From the NCBI GenBank assembly GCA_040256005.1, contig JBDZWC010000010.1:1-25752 (forward strand): a stretch of DNA of 25,752 bases. The letters run 5' to 3'. Positions 8,365-17,229 of the stretch are shown in pieces. The position numbers and the translations under genes were made by a program. Origin of the DNA: Deinococcaceae bacterium. GTDB taxonomy: Bacteria > Deinococcota > Deinococci > Deinococcales > Trueperaceae. Numbering within the stretch: the stretch's first letter is position 1; each line of letters begins with the position of its first letter. The notes under the pieces are model-generated. The model searched no databases. It saw nothing but the letters and a program-made list of their open reading frames with translations, and was not told the origin of the DNA.

Positions 8365-9245
8365 TGGTCACCTCCACGGGTCCCATCACCAGGCGCGACG
8401 TGCGGGCGGTCACCGAACGCACGCGCCGGCCGCGTCGCCGCGGGCCCATGATCGCCGCCTACGTGATCCTGTCGCTGGGTGCGCTCCTGATGGTCTTCCC
8501 GTTCATCTGGATGCTGCTCTCCTCTTTCAAGGACGCGCGCGAGGTGCTCTCGCCCGGCATCTGGCCCAGCCGTTTCACCCTCACCAACTACATCGAGGTC
8601 GTGACCCGAACGTCCTTCCCGCGCTGGTTCCTCAACAGCCTCATCGTCGCCACGGCGACCACGGCCTCGGTGTTGCTGCTGTGCTCGCTCGTCGGCTACG
8701 TCCTGGCGCGCCTGCGGTTCCCTGGCAAGAACCTGATCTTCATCCTGATCCTCTCGACGCTGATGATCCCGACCGAGATGCTCGTCATCCCCTGGTACGT
8801 GATCTCGAGCCGCTTCGACTGGATCAACACCTACTGGGGCCTCATCTTCCCTGGTCTCATCCCCGGGTTCGGCGTCTTCCTCATGCGGCAGTTCTTCCAG
8901 ACGGTGCCGCGGGACCTGTTCGACGCCGGTCGCATAGATGGGGTGTCAGAGCCAGGGCTCTTCTTCCGCATCGGCCTGCCGTTGGTGGGGCCCGGCTTGG
9001 CGGCTCTCGGCATCTTCTCGTTCATAGGCAACTGGAACGCCTACCTGTGGCCGCTCATCGCCGGGCAGGCACCGTCCATGCGCACGGTACCGGTGGGCAT
9101 CTCGCTCTTCTCCGGTGAGGCGGGAGCCGCCTGGCACCTCATCATGGCGTCGTCGTCACTGGCGATCGTGCCGGTGCTCATCGTCTTCGTGCTGCTCCAA
9201 CGCCAGATCATCGAGGGCGTGGTGCTGACGGGGATCAAGGGGTAG
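8364..9245 (+). CDS. Carbohydrate ABC transporter permease (MalG/UgpE-like)
   Basis: FLMRQFF, DAGRIDG, WNAYLWPL; starts at the TGATG overlap at 8362-8366. The ORF-track extension to 7563 is spurious. Confidence 0.93.
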   Translation: MVTSTGPITRRDVRAVTERTRRPRRRGPMIAAYVILSLGALLMVFPFIWMLLSSFKDAREVLSPGIWPSRFTLTNYIEVVTRTSFPRWFLNSLIVATATTASVLLLCSLVGYVLARLRFPGKNLIFILILSTLMIPTEMLVIPWYVISSRFDWINTYWGLIFPGLIPGFGVFLMRQFFQTVPRDLFDAGRIDGVSEPGLFFRIGLPLVGPGLAALGIFSFIGNWNAYLWPLIAGQAPSMRTVPVGISLFSGEAGAAWHLIMASSSLAIVPVLIVFVLLQRQIIEGVVLTGIKG

Positions 9246-9248
9246 GGC

Positions 9249-9992
9249 TCAACCCGCGCGCTCCAGCCAGTCGTCCACCAGCCGCGCGAGCTGTTCCGTC
9301 ACCTCCCGCGCGATCTCCTCGCCCTTGGCCACGTCTATCTCCGAGACGTTGCCGTGGTACCCGGCGAAGCCCAGCGGCGCCTGACCCCGGCCCACGACCT
9401 GCGCGGCGCCCCGCCACCACGGGGCCTCGTACGGCACGTCTTGCGGTCGCTCCCCCGGCTGTGCCACACCGCGCGGATCCAGCGCCGCCGTGGTCGAGAT
9501 CTCCAGCGGGCCGCCATGCCCGTGGCCGCCCGCGTCGGTGAAGAGGCCGGCGGGGGCCAGGCGCCACCAGTTGCACACGAGGATCGACGCCTCCGGTGAG
9601 CCGGACGTGACCTCCTCAGCGGCCAGTCGCAGGGCGTACTGGTTCTCGCTGTGGCCGTTGAGGACCAGCAGCCGACGGACCCCGAGGCCCACGATGGAGG
9701 CCATCACCTGCGTGACGTAGGCGAGGAACGCCTGCGGCGCCACCGAGACACCCGGGCCGTGGTCGGTCGTGAGGCGCGGCACGAAGGTGTACGCGATCGC
9801 GGGGAACACGAGGCAGTCGCGCCTGTCCGCCAGGCGCCGAGCGAACCCGGTCGCCAGGGTCGTGTCTGTCCCGAAGGGCGCCGCCGGCCCGTGGTACTCG
9901 ATGCTGCCGACGGGCAGGACGCAGAAGGGGGCGTCGGCGAACCGCTGCGCCGCCATGCCACCCAGGTACAGGACGTCCCGTTCCTCGCTCAT
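9249..9992 (-). CDS. Creatininase/creatinine amidohydrolase family protein
   Basis: LPVGSIEYHG...GTD, LNGHSEN, HGGPLEIS metal-binding motifs; 4-nt overlap with the upstream lyase. Confidence 0.88.
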   Translation of the reverse strand: MSEERDVLYLGGMAAQRFADAPFCVLPVGSIEYHGPAAPFGTDTTLATGFARRLADRRDCLVFPAIAYTFVPRLTTDHGPGVSVAPQAFLAYVTQVMASIVGLGVRRLLVLNGHSENQYALRLAAEEVTSGSPEASILVCNWWRLAPAGLFTDAGGHGHGGPLEISTTAALDPRGVAQPGERPQDVPYEAPWWRGAAQVVGRGQAPLGFAGYHGNVSEIDVAKGEEIAREVTEQLARLVDDWLERAG

Positions 9993-11443
9993 GCTCCCGC
10001 GGGCACCCCCGCGTACCCCACGCCACGCAGCGCGGCGATCGCGCGTTCCACGCTCCCGACCCTGGCGCCCAGCGCCTCGGCGTCGGACCCCACCCTCGAC
10101 CTGGCGCGTCTCAGGTTCTCGGCCATGCTCTTCGCAGCCGGCATCCCGAAGCCGGCGCGGCGCTCGACGAAGGCCCGCGGGTCGACCGCTCCCTGCAAGG
10201 CGTCAGACGCCAGCGGCGGGCCGCCGGCCGCAGCCAGGTCGTCCGGTGTGGCCTCCGCCAGGGGGCGCCCCGCGGCCTGCAGCGCGCGGAGGAGGGTCGC
10301 CACGACCCGGTGAGCCCGCGGGAAGTCGAGGCCAGCCTCCCGTACCAGGACGTCGGCCAGCTCGGTTGCCGTCGTGTCGGTCTGGCGAGCGACCTCGGCC
10401 AGCCGCGCCGTGTCGAAGTCACCGCCGCTCACGCAGGCCGACATGAGGTCGAGGGCGCCCATGAGCTGCTTGTGCTGGGCCACCAGCCCGCCCTGTATGT
10501 CCGGCCCGAAGTCGTTGAGGTCGGTGAACGGGATGTTGTGGCTCGAGAAGGTGACCATGGCAGCCGACCCGATGGCGCGCGACAAGCGCGTGCGCACGTG
10601 CTCGAGCGCGACCGGGTTGCGCTTCTGCGGCATTATCGACGACCCCTGCACGAGCCCATCGGGCAGCGCGAACAGGTCCTGGGATGCCCAGGTGAGCAGG
10701 TCGTCCACGACGCGGCCGAGGTTCAACGCCACGCTCTGGCCCACCATGGCCAGGTCGAACTCCCAGTCGGCCGAGGCGACGGCGTCGTACGTGTTCTCTA
10801 CCGGCCCGTCGAAGCCGAGCGCAGCCGCCGTGCGCAGCCTGTCCAAGGGGTGGCTCGTGCCGGCCAGCGCGGCCGCGCCCAGCGGGCAGAGGTTCGCCCT
10901 GTCGTAGGCCTGCAGCAGCCGCTCGGTGTCGCGCGCCAGGAGGTCCTGGGCGGCACCCAGGTAGTGCGCGACCGTCGTGGGTTGGCCCGGGCGATGGTGA
11001 GTGTGCGCGATGAGCACCGTGCCAAGGTGGGCGTCGGCCTTGTCCAACAGCAGGCCGCGCAGCTCGATCAGCGCGGCGCCCAGTCGACTGAGGAGGGTGC
11101 GCCCATGCATCTTGTAGACCGTCATGTCCAGGTCGTTGCGGCTGAGGCCCAGGCGGATGAGCCCGACGGCATCGCCGTGCTTGGCCTCCAGGGCCCGCTG
11201 CATCGCGAAGTAGAGGTCGGGCACGTCCTCCACGTACGGAGGGGCCGGCTCGTCGTGCAAGCGGACGAGCGTTACTCGCAGCTCTCTCCCGGCGGCCAGG
11301 GAGGCGTCGCCGTGCCCTGGGAGCCTGAGCACCTCGTCGAGGTGAGCGGTCATGGCGTCCACGAAGTGGTGTCTTAGGTTCTCGACCGCGAAGCGGTAGT
11401 CGGGAGCCAACACGCGCTGGGAGTAAGCGGAGTGCCAAGCCAT
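9989..11443 (-). CDS. Argininosuccinate lyase-like C-N lyase (fumarase/aspartase superfamily), non-canonical
   Basis: SRND, HTH..P.QP, PLGAAALAGT, GSSIMPQKRNP; ATG 11443 has GGTGG upstream (alternative GTG 11455). Confidence 0.88.
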   Translation of the reverse strand: MAWHSAYSQRVLAPDYRFAVENLRHHFVDAMTAHLDEVLRLPGHGDASLAAGRELRVTLVRLHDEPAPPYVEDVPDLYFAMQRALEAKHGDAVGLIRLGLSRNDLDMTVYKMHGRTLLSRLGAALIELRGLLLDKADAHLGTVLIAHTHHRPGQPTTVAHYLGAAQDLLARDTERLLQAYDRANLCPLGAAALAGTSHPLDRLRTAAALGFDGPVENTYDAVASADWEFDLAMVGQSVALNLGRVVDDLLTWASQDLFALPDGLVQGSSIMPQKRNPVALEHVRTRLSRAIGSAAMVTFSSHNIPFTDLNDFGPDIQGGLVAQHKQLMGALDLMSACVSGGDFDTARLAEVARQTDTTATELADVLVREAGLDFPRAHRVVATLLRALQAAGRPLAEATPDDLAAAGGPPLASDALQGAVDPRAFVERRAGFGMPAAKSMAENLRRARSRVGSDAEALGARVGSVERAIAALRGVGYAGVPAGA

Positions 11444-11497
11444 CGAGCGGACCACCGTCCTTAGGGTTGGCTCACGGTACCCCGCTGGCGGTCCCGC

Positions 11498-12943
11498 TCA
11501 CCACGGCAGGGAGCTGCCTTTCCAGACGGTGCGCGCACGCCTGAGCAGGTCGCGCGTGCGCCAGGCGTTGGGCTCGTGGACTCCTCTCAGCAGCACCCAG
11601 GCGGCCATGCGGCCGATCCCGGAGACGGCGAACAGGGTATGGAACCCGTTCCAGCCCGCCACCGAGTAGTCGAGGCCCTGGAAGGCCGTCAGCAACGGCC
11701 CGGAGAGGGAGCCTCCGGCGAAGCCTGCCAGCCCGGTGATGACCGAGTACGCGGCGATGAAAGACACGCGCCCCACCTTGGGCGCCGTGACGATGGCCAG
11801 GTTGAACAGCGCCAGGCCCACGGCGCCGAACGCGACGGCGTCGCATAGCGCCGCGATCCACACGAAGGTGAGGTTGCCGGTCAGGCCGGCCAGGATCCAG
11901 TTGGTGGGGAGCAGCGCGCCGTGGAGGAACGTGCCGACGGCGAGCATGCTCTTGTTGCCCACCCAGTCGGAGATGCGGCCCCAGCGGCTGGTGGTGAACA
12001 CCGCGGCGGCCGCCGTGATGGAGGTGTAGACGGCGACCTGCGTGAACGACATGCCGAGGCTCTCGAGGAAGTAGGCCGTGGTGAACGGGCCCGAGAGCAT
12101 CACGACGAACTGCCAGAAGACCGCGAAGCGCAGGAAGCGCCTGAAGTTGTCGTTCTTGAGAGGGGCCAGCAACACCGTCCCGAATGGGACGCGCCGCTTC
12201 TCCGTCGGCGGGTCGTGATGGAACAGGATGAGCACAGCGCCGACCAGGGAGCAGACGACGCCCACGAGGATGACGAGCTGGAAGCTGAGGGGCGCGCCCA
12301 CCCGGTCGAGGAACGCACCGGCGGCGAGGTTCGCCACCATGCCGATGAGGCCCATGATCCCGCTGCGCTTGCCGAAGTACCGGCCGCGCCTGTCGGCCGG
12401 GACCACGTCGCCCATCCAGGCGGTCCAGATCGTCGACGTGGCGGCGTTGAAGGTACCGGCCACGAACACGAGTCCCACCAGGATCGTCGGCCTGGCGGCG
12501 TCGGGCACGGGCAGTTGCGGCAGTTGGGCTGCCAGCAGCCAGCACAGCCGCCCCGCCGTCGCCAGCGCAGCGTTGAGGACGCGGCGGCGGCCCACCGCCT
12601 CGGCGATCCAGGCGCCAACCGGGCTGGCCATCTGGGCCAGGAAACCGACGCTGCCCACCATCGCGATGTGGAACGGCGTGGCGCCCAACTGCAGCAGGTA
12701 GCCGATGAGGACTCCGCCCGTGGTCCAGTTGATGAAGACCTGCACGAGCCCGCCCTCGATCAAGGACAGCCGCAGCGTGCGCTCGACCTCGGGTGGCGCC
12801 GGAGCGGGCTCCGACCAGGGCGGTGCGACCGTGGCGCTAGTCGAGTCGTCGCCGGTCTGGTCGGCCACCGCGCCCGAGTGCGTCGCAGGTCGCGCGTCGA
12901 GGGAGGTGTCGTCTATGCCGACGCTGTCGCCGCGAAGTGGCAT
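11498..12943 (-). CDS. MFS transporter (paralog 1)
   Basis: About 12 TM helices; WMGDVVP..RRGRYFG.R and WGRISDWVGNK loop motifs. Confidence 0.92.
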   Translation of the reverse strand: MPLRGDSVGIDDTSLDARPATHSGAVADQTGDDSTSATVAPPWSEPAPAPPEVERTLRLSLIEGGLVQVFINWTTGGVLIGYLLQLGATPFHIAMVGSVGFLAQMASPVGAWIAEAVGRRRVLNAALATAGRLCWLLAAQLPQLPVPDAARPTILVGLVFVAGTFNAATSTIWTAWMGDVVPADRRGRYFGKRSGIMGLIGMVANLAAGAFLDRVGAPLSFQLVILVGVVCSLVGAVLILFHHDPPTEKRRVPFGTVLLAPLKNDNFRRFLRFAVFWQFVVMLSGPFTTAYFLESLGMSFTQVAVYTSITAAAAVFTTSRWGRISDWVGNKSMLAVGTFLHGALLPTNWILAGLTGNLTFVWIAALCDAVAFGAVGLALFNLAIVTAPKVGRVSFIAAYSVITGLAGFAGGSLSGPLLTAFQGLDYSVAGWNGFHTLFAVSGIGRMAAWVLLRGVHEPNAWRTRDLLRRARTVWKGSSLPW

Positions 12944-13017
12944 CGGTCGGGAGTGTAGGCGTCGTCTTGCGGGGTTGTCGGTCGCCCAGCCTGCGGCCCC
13001 CGGCTAGGCGGCTTGCC

Positions 13018-14430
13018 TCAGCGCCACTGCTTGCCGGACACCCGCCAGGCCGTACGCGCCGAGCGCAGCAGGTCCCGAGTGCGCCAGGCGCGCTCCTCGG
13101 ACACCCGCCTGAGCAGGACCCAGGCGAAGACGCGCCCGAGGGCCGAGACCGCGAACAGCGTGTGGTAGCCGGTCCAGTTGGCTGCGAACGAGGGCGCAGG
13201 CAGCGATTGGAACAACGCCAGCAGGGGACTGGAGAGGGCGCCGCCGACGAACCCCGCTACGCCCGTGACGAGCGAGTAACCGGCCACGAACGACACCCGC
13301 CCCTCCTTGGGGGCGGACACCAGGGCCAGGTTGAAGATCGCCGGCGTGATCGCGCCCCAGGCGACGGCGTCGAAGAACGCCGAGATCCAGACGAACGTCA
13401 GGTCGCCCGTCAGCCCCGCGAGGATCCAGTTCGCCGGCAACAGCGCTCCGGCGATGAAGGTGCCTATGGCCAGCACACCCTTGTTGCCCGCGGCGTCCGC
13501 GACCCGGCCCCACAGGGTCGTGGTGGCGAGCGAGGTGAGCGCGGCGATGCTGCTCCAGTAGGCCACCTGCGTGAAGCTCATCGAGAGCTCCTCGAGGAAG
13601 TAGGGCAGGACGAACGGCGCCCCCAGCAGCACCATGAACTGCCAGTAGACGGCGAAGCTCAGGAAGCTGCGGAAGTTGCGGTCGCGGAAGGGCGTCATCA
13701 GGACCGCGAGCGGGGCCACCTGGCGCCGCGGCGTGGGCGGGTCGTAGTGGAGCGACAGCAGCCCGGCGCCCAGCAGAGCGGTGAAGACGCCGACGGCGAT
13801 CACGACCTGGAAGCTGAGCGGTGCCGCGACGGCGTCGAGGAACGCCCCGGCGCCCAAGTTCGCACCCATGCCCACCAGCCCCAACACGCCGGTGCGCAGG
13901 CCGAAGTAGCGGCCCCGCCGGCCCTCTGGCACGACGTCGCCCATCCAGGCCGTCCATACCGTGCCGATCGCCGCCTGGAAGCTGGAGGCCACGAACACGA
14001 GCAGCACGACGACGGTGGGTGCCGCACCGGCGGGCAACCCCATCTGCGGCACGAACGCCGCCACCAGCCACAGAAGCCGTCCGACCACGCTGAGCAGGAC
14101 GCTGAGGCTCCTTCGCCTGCCGAGGACCTCGGCCGCCCACGCGCCCAGCGGGCTGGCGACCTGGGCGAGGAACGGGACGCTGCCCACCAGAGCGATGTGC
14201 GTGGGAGAGGCTCCGAGGGTCAGCAGATAGCCGATGAGGACGCTGCCAGACGTCCAGTTGAGGAACACCTGGACGAGGCTGCCCTCTGCCAGGGAGAGGC
14301 GCATAGTGCGTCGCACGGCGCCTTCCGGGTGCCCGTCGCGATACGACGGCTCCCCGCCGACTTGCGGTGCGGCGTCAGCGGAAGGTGGCTCCCGTTTGCG
14401 GAGGGTGGTGGACGCAGGTGCGCCCGGCAT
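13018..14430 (-). CDS. MFS transporter (paralog 2)
   Basis: Colinear with 11498-12943; WMGDVVPEGRRGRYFGLR, WGRVADAAGNK. Confidence 0.92.
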   Translation of the reverse strand: MPGAPASTTLRKREPPSADAAPQVGGEPSYRDGHPEGAVRRTMRLSLAEGSLVQVFLNWTSGSVLIGYLLTLGASPTHIALVGSVPFLAQVASPLGAWAAEVLGRRRSLSVLLSVVGRLLWLVAAFVPQMGLPAGAAPTVVVLLVFVASSFQAAIGTVWTAWMGDVVPEGRRGRYFGLRTGVLGLVGMGANLGAGAFLDAVAAPLSFQVVIAVGVFTALLGAGLLSLHYDPPTPRRQVAPLAVLMTPFRDRNFRSFLSFAVYWQFMVLLGAPFVLPYFLEELSMSFTQVAYWSSIAALTSLATTTLWGRVADAAGNKGVLAIGTFIAGALLPANWILAGLTGDLTFVWISAFFDAVAWGAITPAIFNLALVSAPKEGRVSFVAGYSLVTGVAGFVGGALSSPLLALFQSLPAPSFAANWTGYHTLFAVSALGRVFAWVLLRRVSEERAWRTRDLLRSARTAWRVSGKQWR

Positions 14431-14915
14431 CAGCCGAGCAGTCTACGCCCTACTCCGTGCCTGAAGCGATGCAGGCGGCAACAAAGTGGCCGGGCCCACT
14501 CGCCCAAGTCCAAGCGGTGAATGCGGCCGGGATGACCGAACGCGGGCGGCCGGCCCAACGTCACAAGCCACGGCGCATCATGTATGGCAGCGAACCGCTG
14601 CACGATGCTATGCGAATCTACGAAGATCCTGCCCAGCTCATCGTGCCTGGCGTCTCCAACTCGAATGAACAACACTCGTGACCGGCTCGCACGGAGCGCT
14701 TCCCTTTCAACAGTTCGGTACCGGATCAGCCTGTCGCCCGTAACGATGATGAGTCCCAACCTGGTGACGCGTGGAATCCAGACAGCGTCCGGGACGGCTC
14801 TGAGGTTTAGCTCTCTACACCTGACGACATCTACACCACCAGCTTCAAGGACATCAGCGAACCGGCCATCGAGGTTCTCGTCAACATAGAACCGCGCACT
14901 AGGCGGCGTACTCAT
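14430..14915 (-). CDS. PIN-like domain toxin (VapC45/DUF5615-like)
   Basis: FYVDENL, PDAVWI, IIVTGDRLIRY..EREAL acidic PIN motifs; 17-nt overlap with the upstream antitoxin. Confidence 0.82.
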   Translation of the reverse strand: MSTPPSARFYVDENLDGRFADVLEAGGVDVVRCRELNLRAVPDAVWIPRVTRLGLIIVTGDRLIRYRTVEREALRASRSRVLFIRVGDARHDELGRIFVDSHSIVQRFAAIHDAPWLVTLGRPPAFGHPGRIHRLDLGEWARPLCCRLHRFRHGVGRRLLG

Positions 14916-15621
14916 AGCGGATGGCGGACGTCACTAGGTGGTGGGCGATGTCGTAGTCGCGCGCGACCTCTTCTGTCGATTCGCCAGCGTCGATGCGAGC
15001 AGCGATCACGCTCGTTTTGATCCCAGTTCCCCTCACTATCGGCCTTCCGAAGGCCACGAACGGCGAGATCGCCACGGGCCTTCGCTCTGGGTCGTGTTCC
15101 ATTCCCGGGAACTCCGGATAGAACCGAACCGGGCCGAAGGCGTCCTCCCGATCTACCCTGCGCAGGTAGCTCTCAACGACATCGCGCAGAGCCACCTGTC
15201 CGGCGCCTGACAGGGACACAAGGTCCCCGAGGTGAGCCAGGAAGATCTGATCTCCAAACGTTGCCAGGTCATGTCGCAACAGCACCCTGGTGACCCCGAG
15301 GTCGCTTTCTGCGAAGCGTACGGCCCTACGGACGGCCTGGAGCCCTACGCCATGTACCTTTCTTAGTTGCTTCACCGCATACAACTCAAGGAGGTCAAGG
15401 AAGCTTAGCCCCCTCGACTTCTCGGTCGGTTCGGTGAGAAGTACGGGTTCATGACCATCTGACCTGCGCCCCTGCACCCACCAGCGCGCGGTTGACGCCG
15501 GTACGCCAATCATGCGACCGGCGTCGGCGAAGGTGTAAAGGGGCGAGTCGACGGGCGACACGCCAGCGTAGAACCGCTCTACCGCGTGGGCGTAGTCAAC
15601 CTGGCCGAGGGTCACTAGCAT
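14899..15621 (-). CDS. HTH + DUF433 antitoxin (VapB45-like)
   Basis: N-terminal PLYTFADAGRMIGVPAST..WW and LSFLDLLE; C-terminal ISPFVAFGRPIVRGTGI...AGES.EEVARDY. GGAGGAGG SD supports ATG 15621 over 15708. Confidence 0.85.
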   Translation of the reverse strand: MLVTLGQVDYAHAVERFYAGVSPVDSPLYTFADAGRMIGVPASTARWWVQGRRSDGHEPVLLTEPTEKSRGLSFLDLLELYAVKQLRKVHGVGLQAVRRAVRFAESDLGVTRVLLRHDLATFGDQIFLAHLGDLVSLSGAGQVALRDVVESYLRRVDREDAFGPVRFYPEFPGMEHDPERRPVAISPFVAFGRPIVRGTGIKTSVIAARIDAGESTEEVARDYDIAHHLVTSAIRYEYAA

Positions 15622-15639
15622 CCACCTCCTCCGTGGGCG

Positions 15640-15713
15640 ATTGTAGGCGCTCGCCGCCGATGGCCAAGCCACATCACGGTGATTGAGAAAGCTTCCTAGG
15701 TCATCCACCGTGA
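15640..15713 (-). promoter_or_regulatory. Candidate TA promoter with upstream inverted-repeat operator
   Basis: TTGGCC (15667-15662), 16 nt, TACAAT (15645-15640); inverted repeat 15674-15686 / 15701-15713 (11 of 13 match). Confidence 0.55.
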
Positions 15714-15744
15714 CCGAGACATCGAGTCAACCTAGAGCTGGACC

Positions 15745-17229
15745 TCACACCTGCACGCCCCCGATGTAGATGGCCTTCTGCTCCAGGTACTCGCTCAGGC
15801 CCTCGGAGCCCGTCTCGCGACCCATGCCGGAGCCCTTGACGCCGCCGAAGGGCGCCTCGGCCGTCACCGGCATCCAGTCGTTGATGGCGACCATGCCCGC
15901 CTCGATGCGCTCGGAGAGCACGAGCGCGGTGTTCAGGTCCTGTGTGAACACGTACGCGGCCAAGCCGGCCTCGTAGGCGTTGGCGCGCTCGATCACCTCG
16001 TCGAGGTCGTTGAAGGAAGCGACCGGCATCACCGGCCCGAACACCTCCTGCGAGTCGAGCGGCATGCCGGGCTGGACGCCGGTGACGACGGTGGGCTCGT
16101 AGAAGTAGCCCTTGCGATCTGGCCGCTTGCCGCCCACGGCGACGCGCGCGCCGGCCGAGGCCGTGGCGGCGACCAGGTCCTCCACCCGCTCGCGCTGCTT
16201 GGCGTTGATGAGCGGGCCCACCATCGCCCCCTCCTCGGTGCCGTGCCCCACCTTCATGCCCTGCATGGCGCCGACGACGGCCCCCGTGAAGTCGTCGGCG
16301 ACGTCCCGGTGCACCAAGAAGCGCTGCGGCGAGATGCACACCTGGCCGGCGTTGCGGACCTTGAAGCGGGCCGCGAGCTTGGCGACACGCTCCAGGTTGG
16401 CAGCGTCCGGCATGACGATGACGGGAGCGTTGCCGCCCAACTCCAGCGCGAGGCGCGTGAGCGTCTTGGAGGCGCCGTCCATGAGGATCTTGCCGACCCG
16501 CACGCTGCCCGTGAACGCCAGCTTGCGCAGGCGCGGGTCGTCGAGCATGGCCTGGCCCATGGCCTCGGGAGCGCCGTTGACGACGTTGATCACGCCGGCT
16601 GGCGCGCCCGACTCCATGAGCGCGTGGCCCAGCAGGAACGCCGAGCGGGGCGTGTACTCGGCCGGCCTGCCCACCACAGTGTTGCCGGCGGCCAGGGCGG
16701 CGGCCCAGGTGCGCACGATGTTGTAGACGGGGAAGTTCCAGGCCGTGATCGTGCCCACCACGCCGAGCGGCTGCGGCACGACCCAGATCCTGCGCTTGGG
16801 CGCGCTGGGCGGCACGATGCGGCCGTACGCCCGCACGCCTTCGCCGGCGAACCACCGCAGGTAGGAGGCGGCCGAGAGCCACTCGCCCTTCGAGTCGCTA
16901 AGCGGCTTGCCTGACTCACCGGTGGTGACGGCGGCCAGGTCGTCGGCATGCGCCTCCACCCAGGCGGCCGCCTTCTCGAGGACGGCGGCGCGCTGGTACG
17001 CCGTGCGACCGGCCCAGTCAGGGAACGCCGCCTGTGCCGCGTCGATCGCCGTGACCACGTCCTCTGCGCCACCGAAGGCCACCTCGTCGATGACCTCCTC
17101 GCTCCCTGGATCGACCAGGTCCCAGGTGCCGCCGCCGCGGGCGTCCACCCACTCCCCGCCGATGAGCATGCGCCGCTGCGGTGCGCCGAAGTCGTTGCCG
17201 TGCGTGCCGGTCTTGTCGCCGTCAGGCAT
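15745..17229 (-). CDS. gabD: NAD(P)-dependent succinate-semialdehyde dehydrogenase family aldehyde dehydrogenase
   Basis: AWNFP, FTGS, LELGGNAP, catalytic Cys in RNAGQVC, EVFGPV, PFGGVKGSGMGRE. Confidence 0.88.
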   Translation of the reverse strand: MPDGDKTGTHGNDFGAPQRRMLIGGEWVDARGGGTWDLVDPGSEEVIDEVAFGGAEDVVTAIDAAQAAFPDWAGRTAYQRAAVLEKAAAWVEAHADDLAAVTTGESGKPLSDSKGEWLSAASYLRWFAGEGVRAYGRIVPPSAPKRRIWVVPQPLGVVGTITAWNFPVYNIVRTWAAALAAGNTVVGRPAEYTPRSAFLLGHALMESGAPAGVINVVNGAPEAMGQAMLDDPRLRKLAFTGSVRVGKILMDGASKTLTRLALELGGNAPVIVMPDAANLERVAKLAARFKVRNAGQVCISPQRFLVHRDVADDFTGAVVGAMQGMKVGHGTEEGAMVGPLINAKQRERVEDLVAATASAGARVAVGGKRPDRKGYFYEPTVVTGVQPGMPLDSQEVFGPVMPVASFNDLDEVIERANAYEAGLAAYVFTQDLNTALVLSERIEAGMVAINDWMPVTAEAPFGGVKGSGMGRETGSEGLSEYLEQKAIYIGGVQV

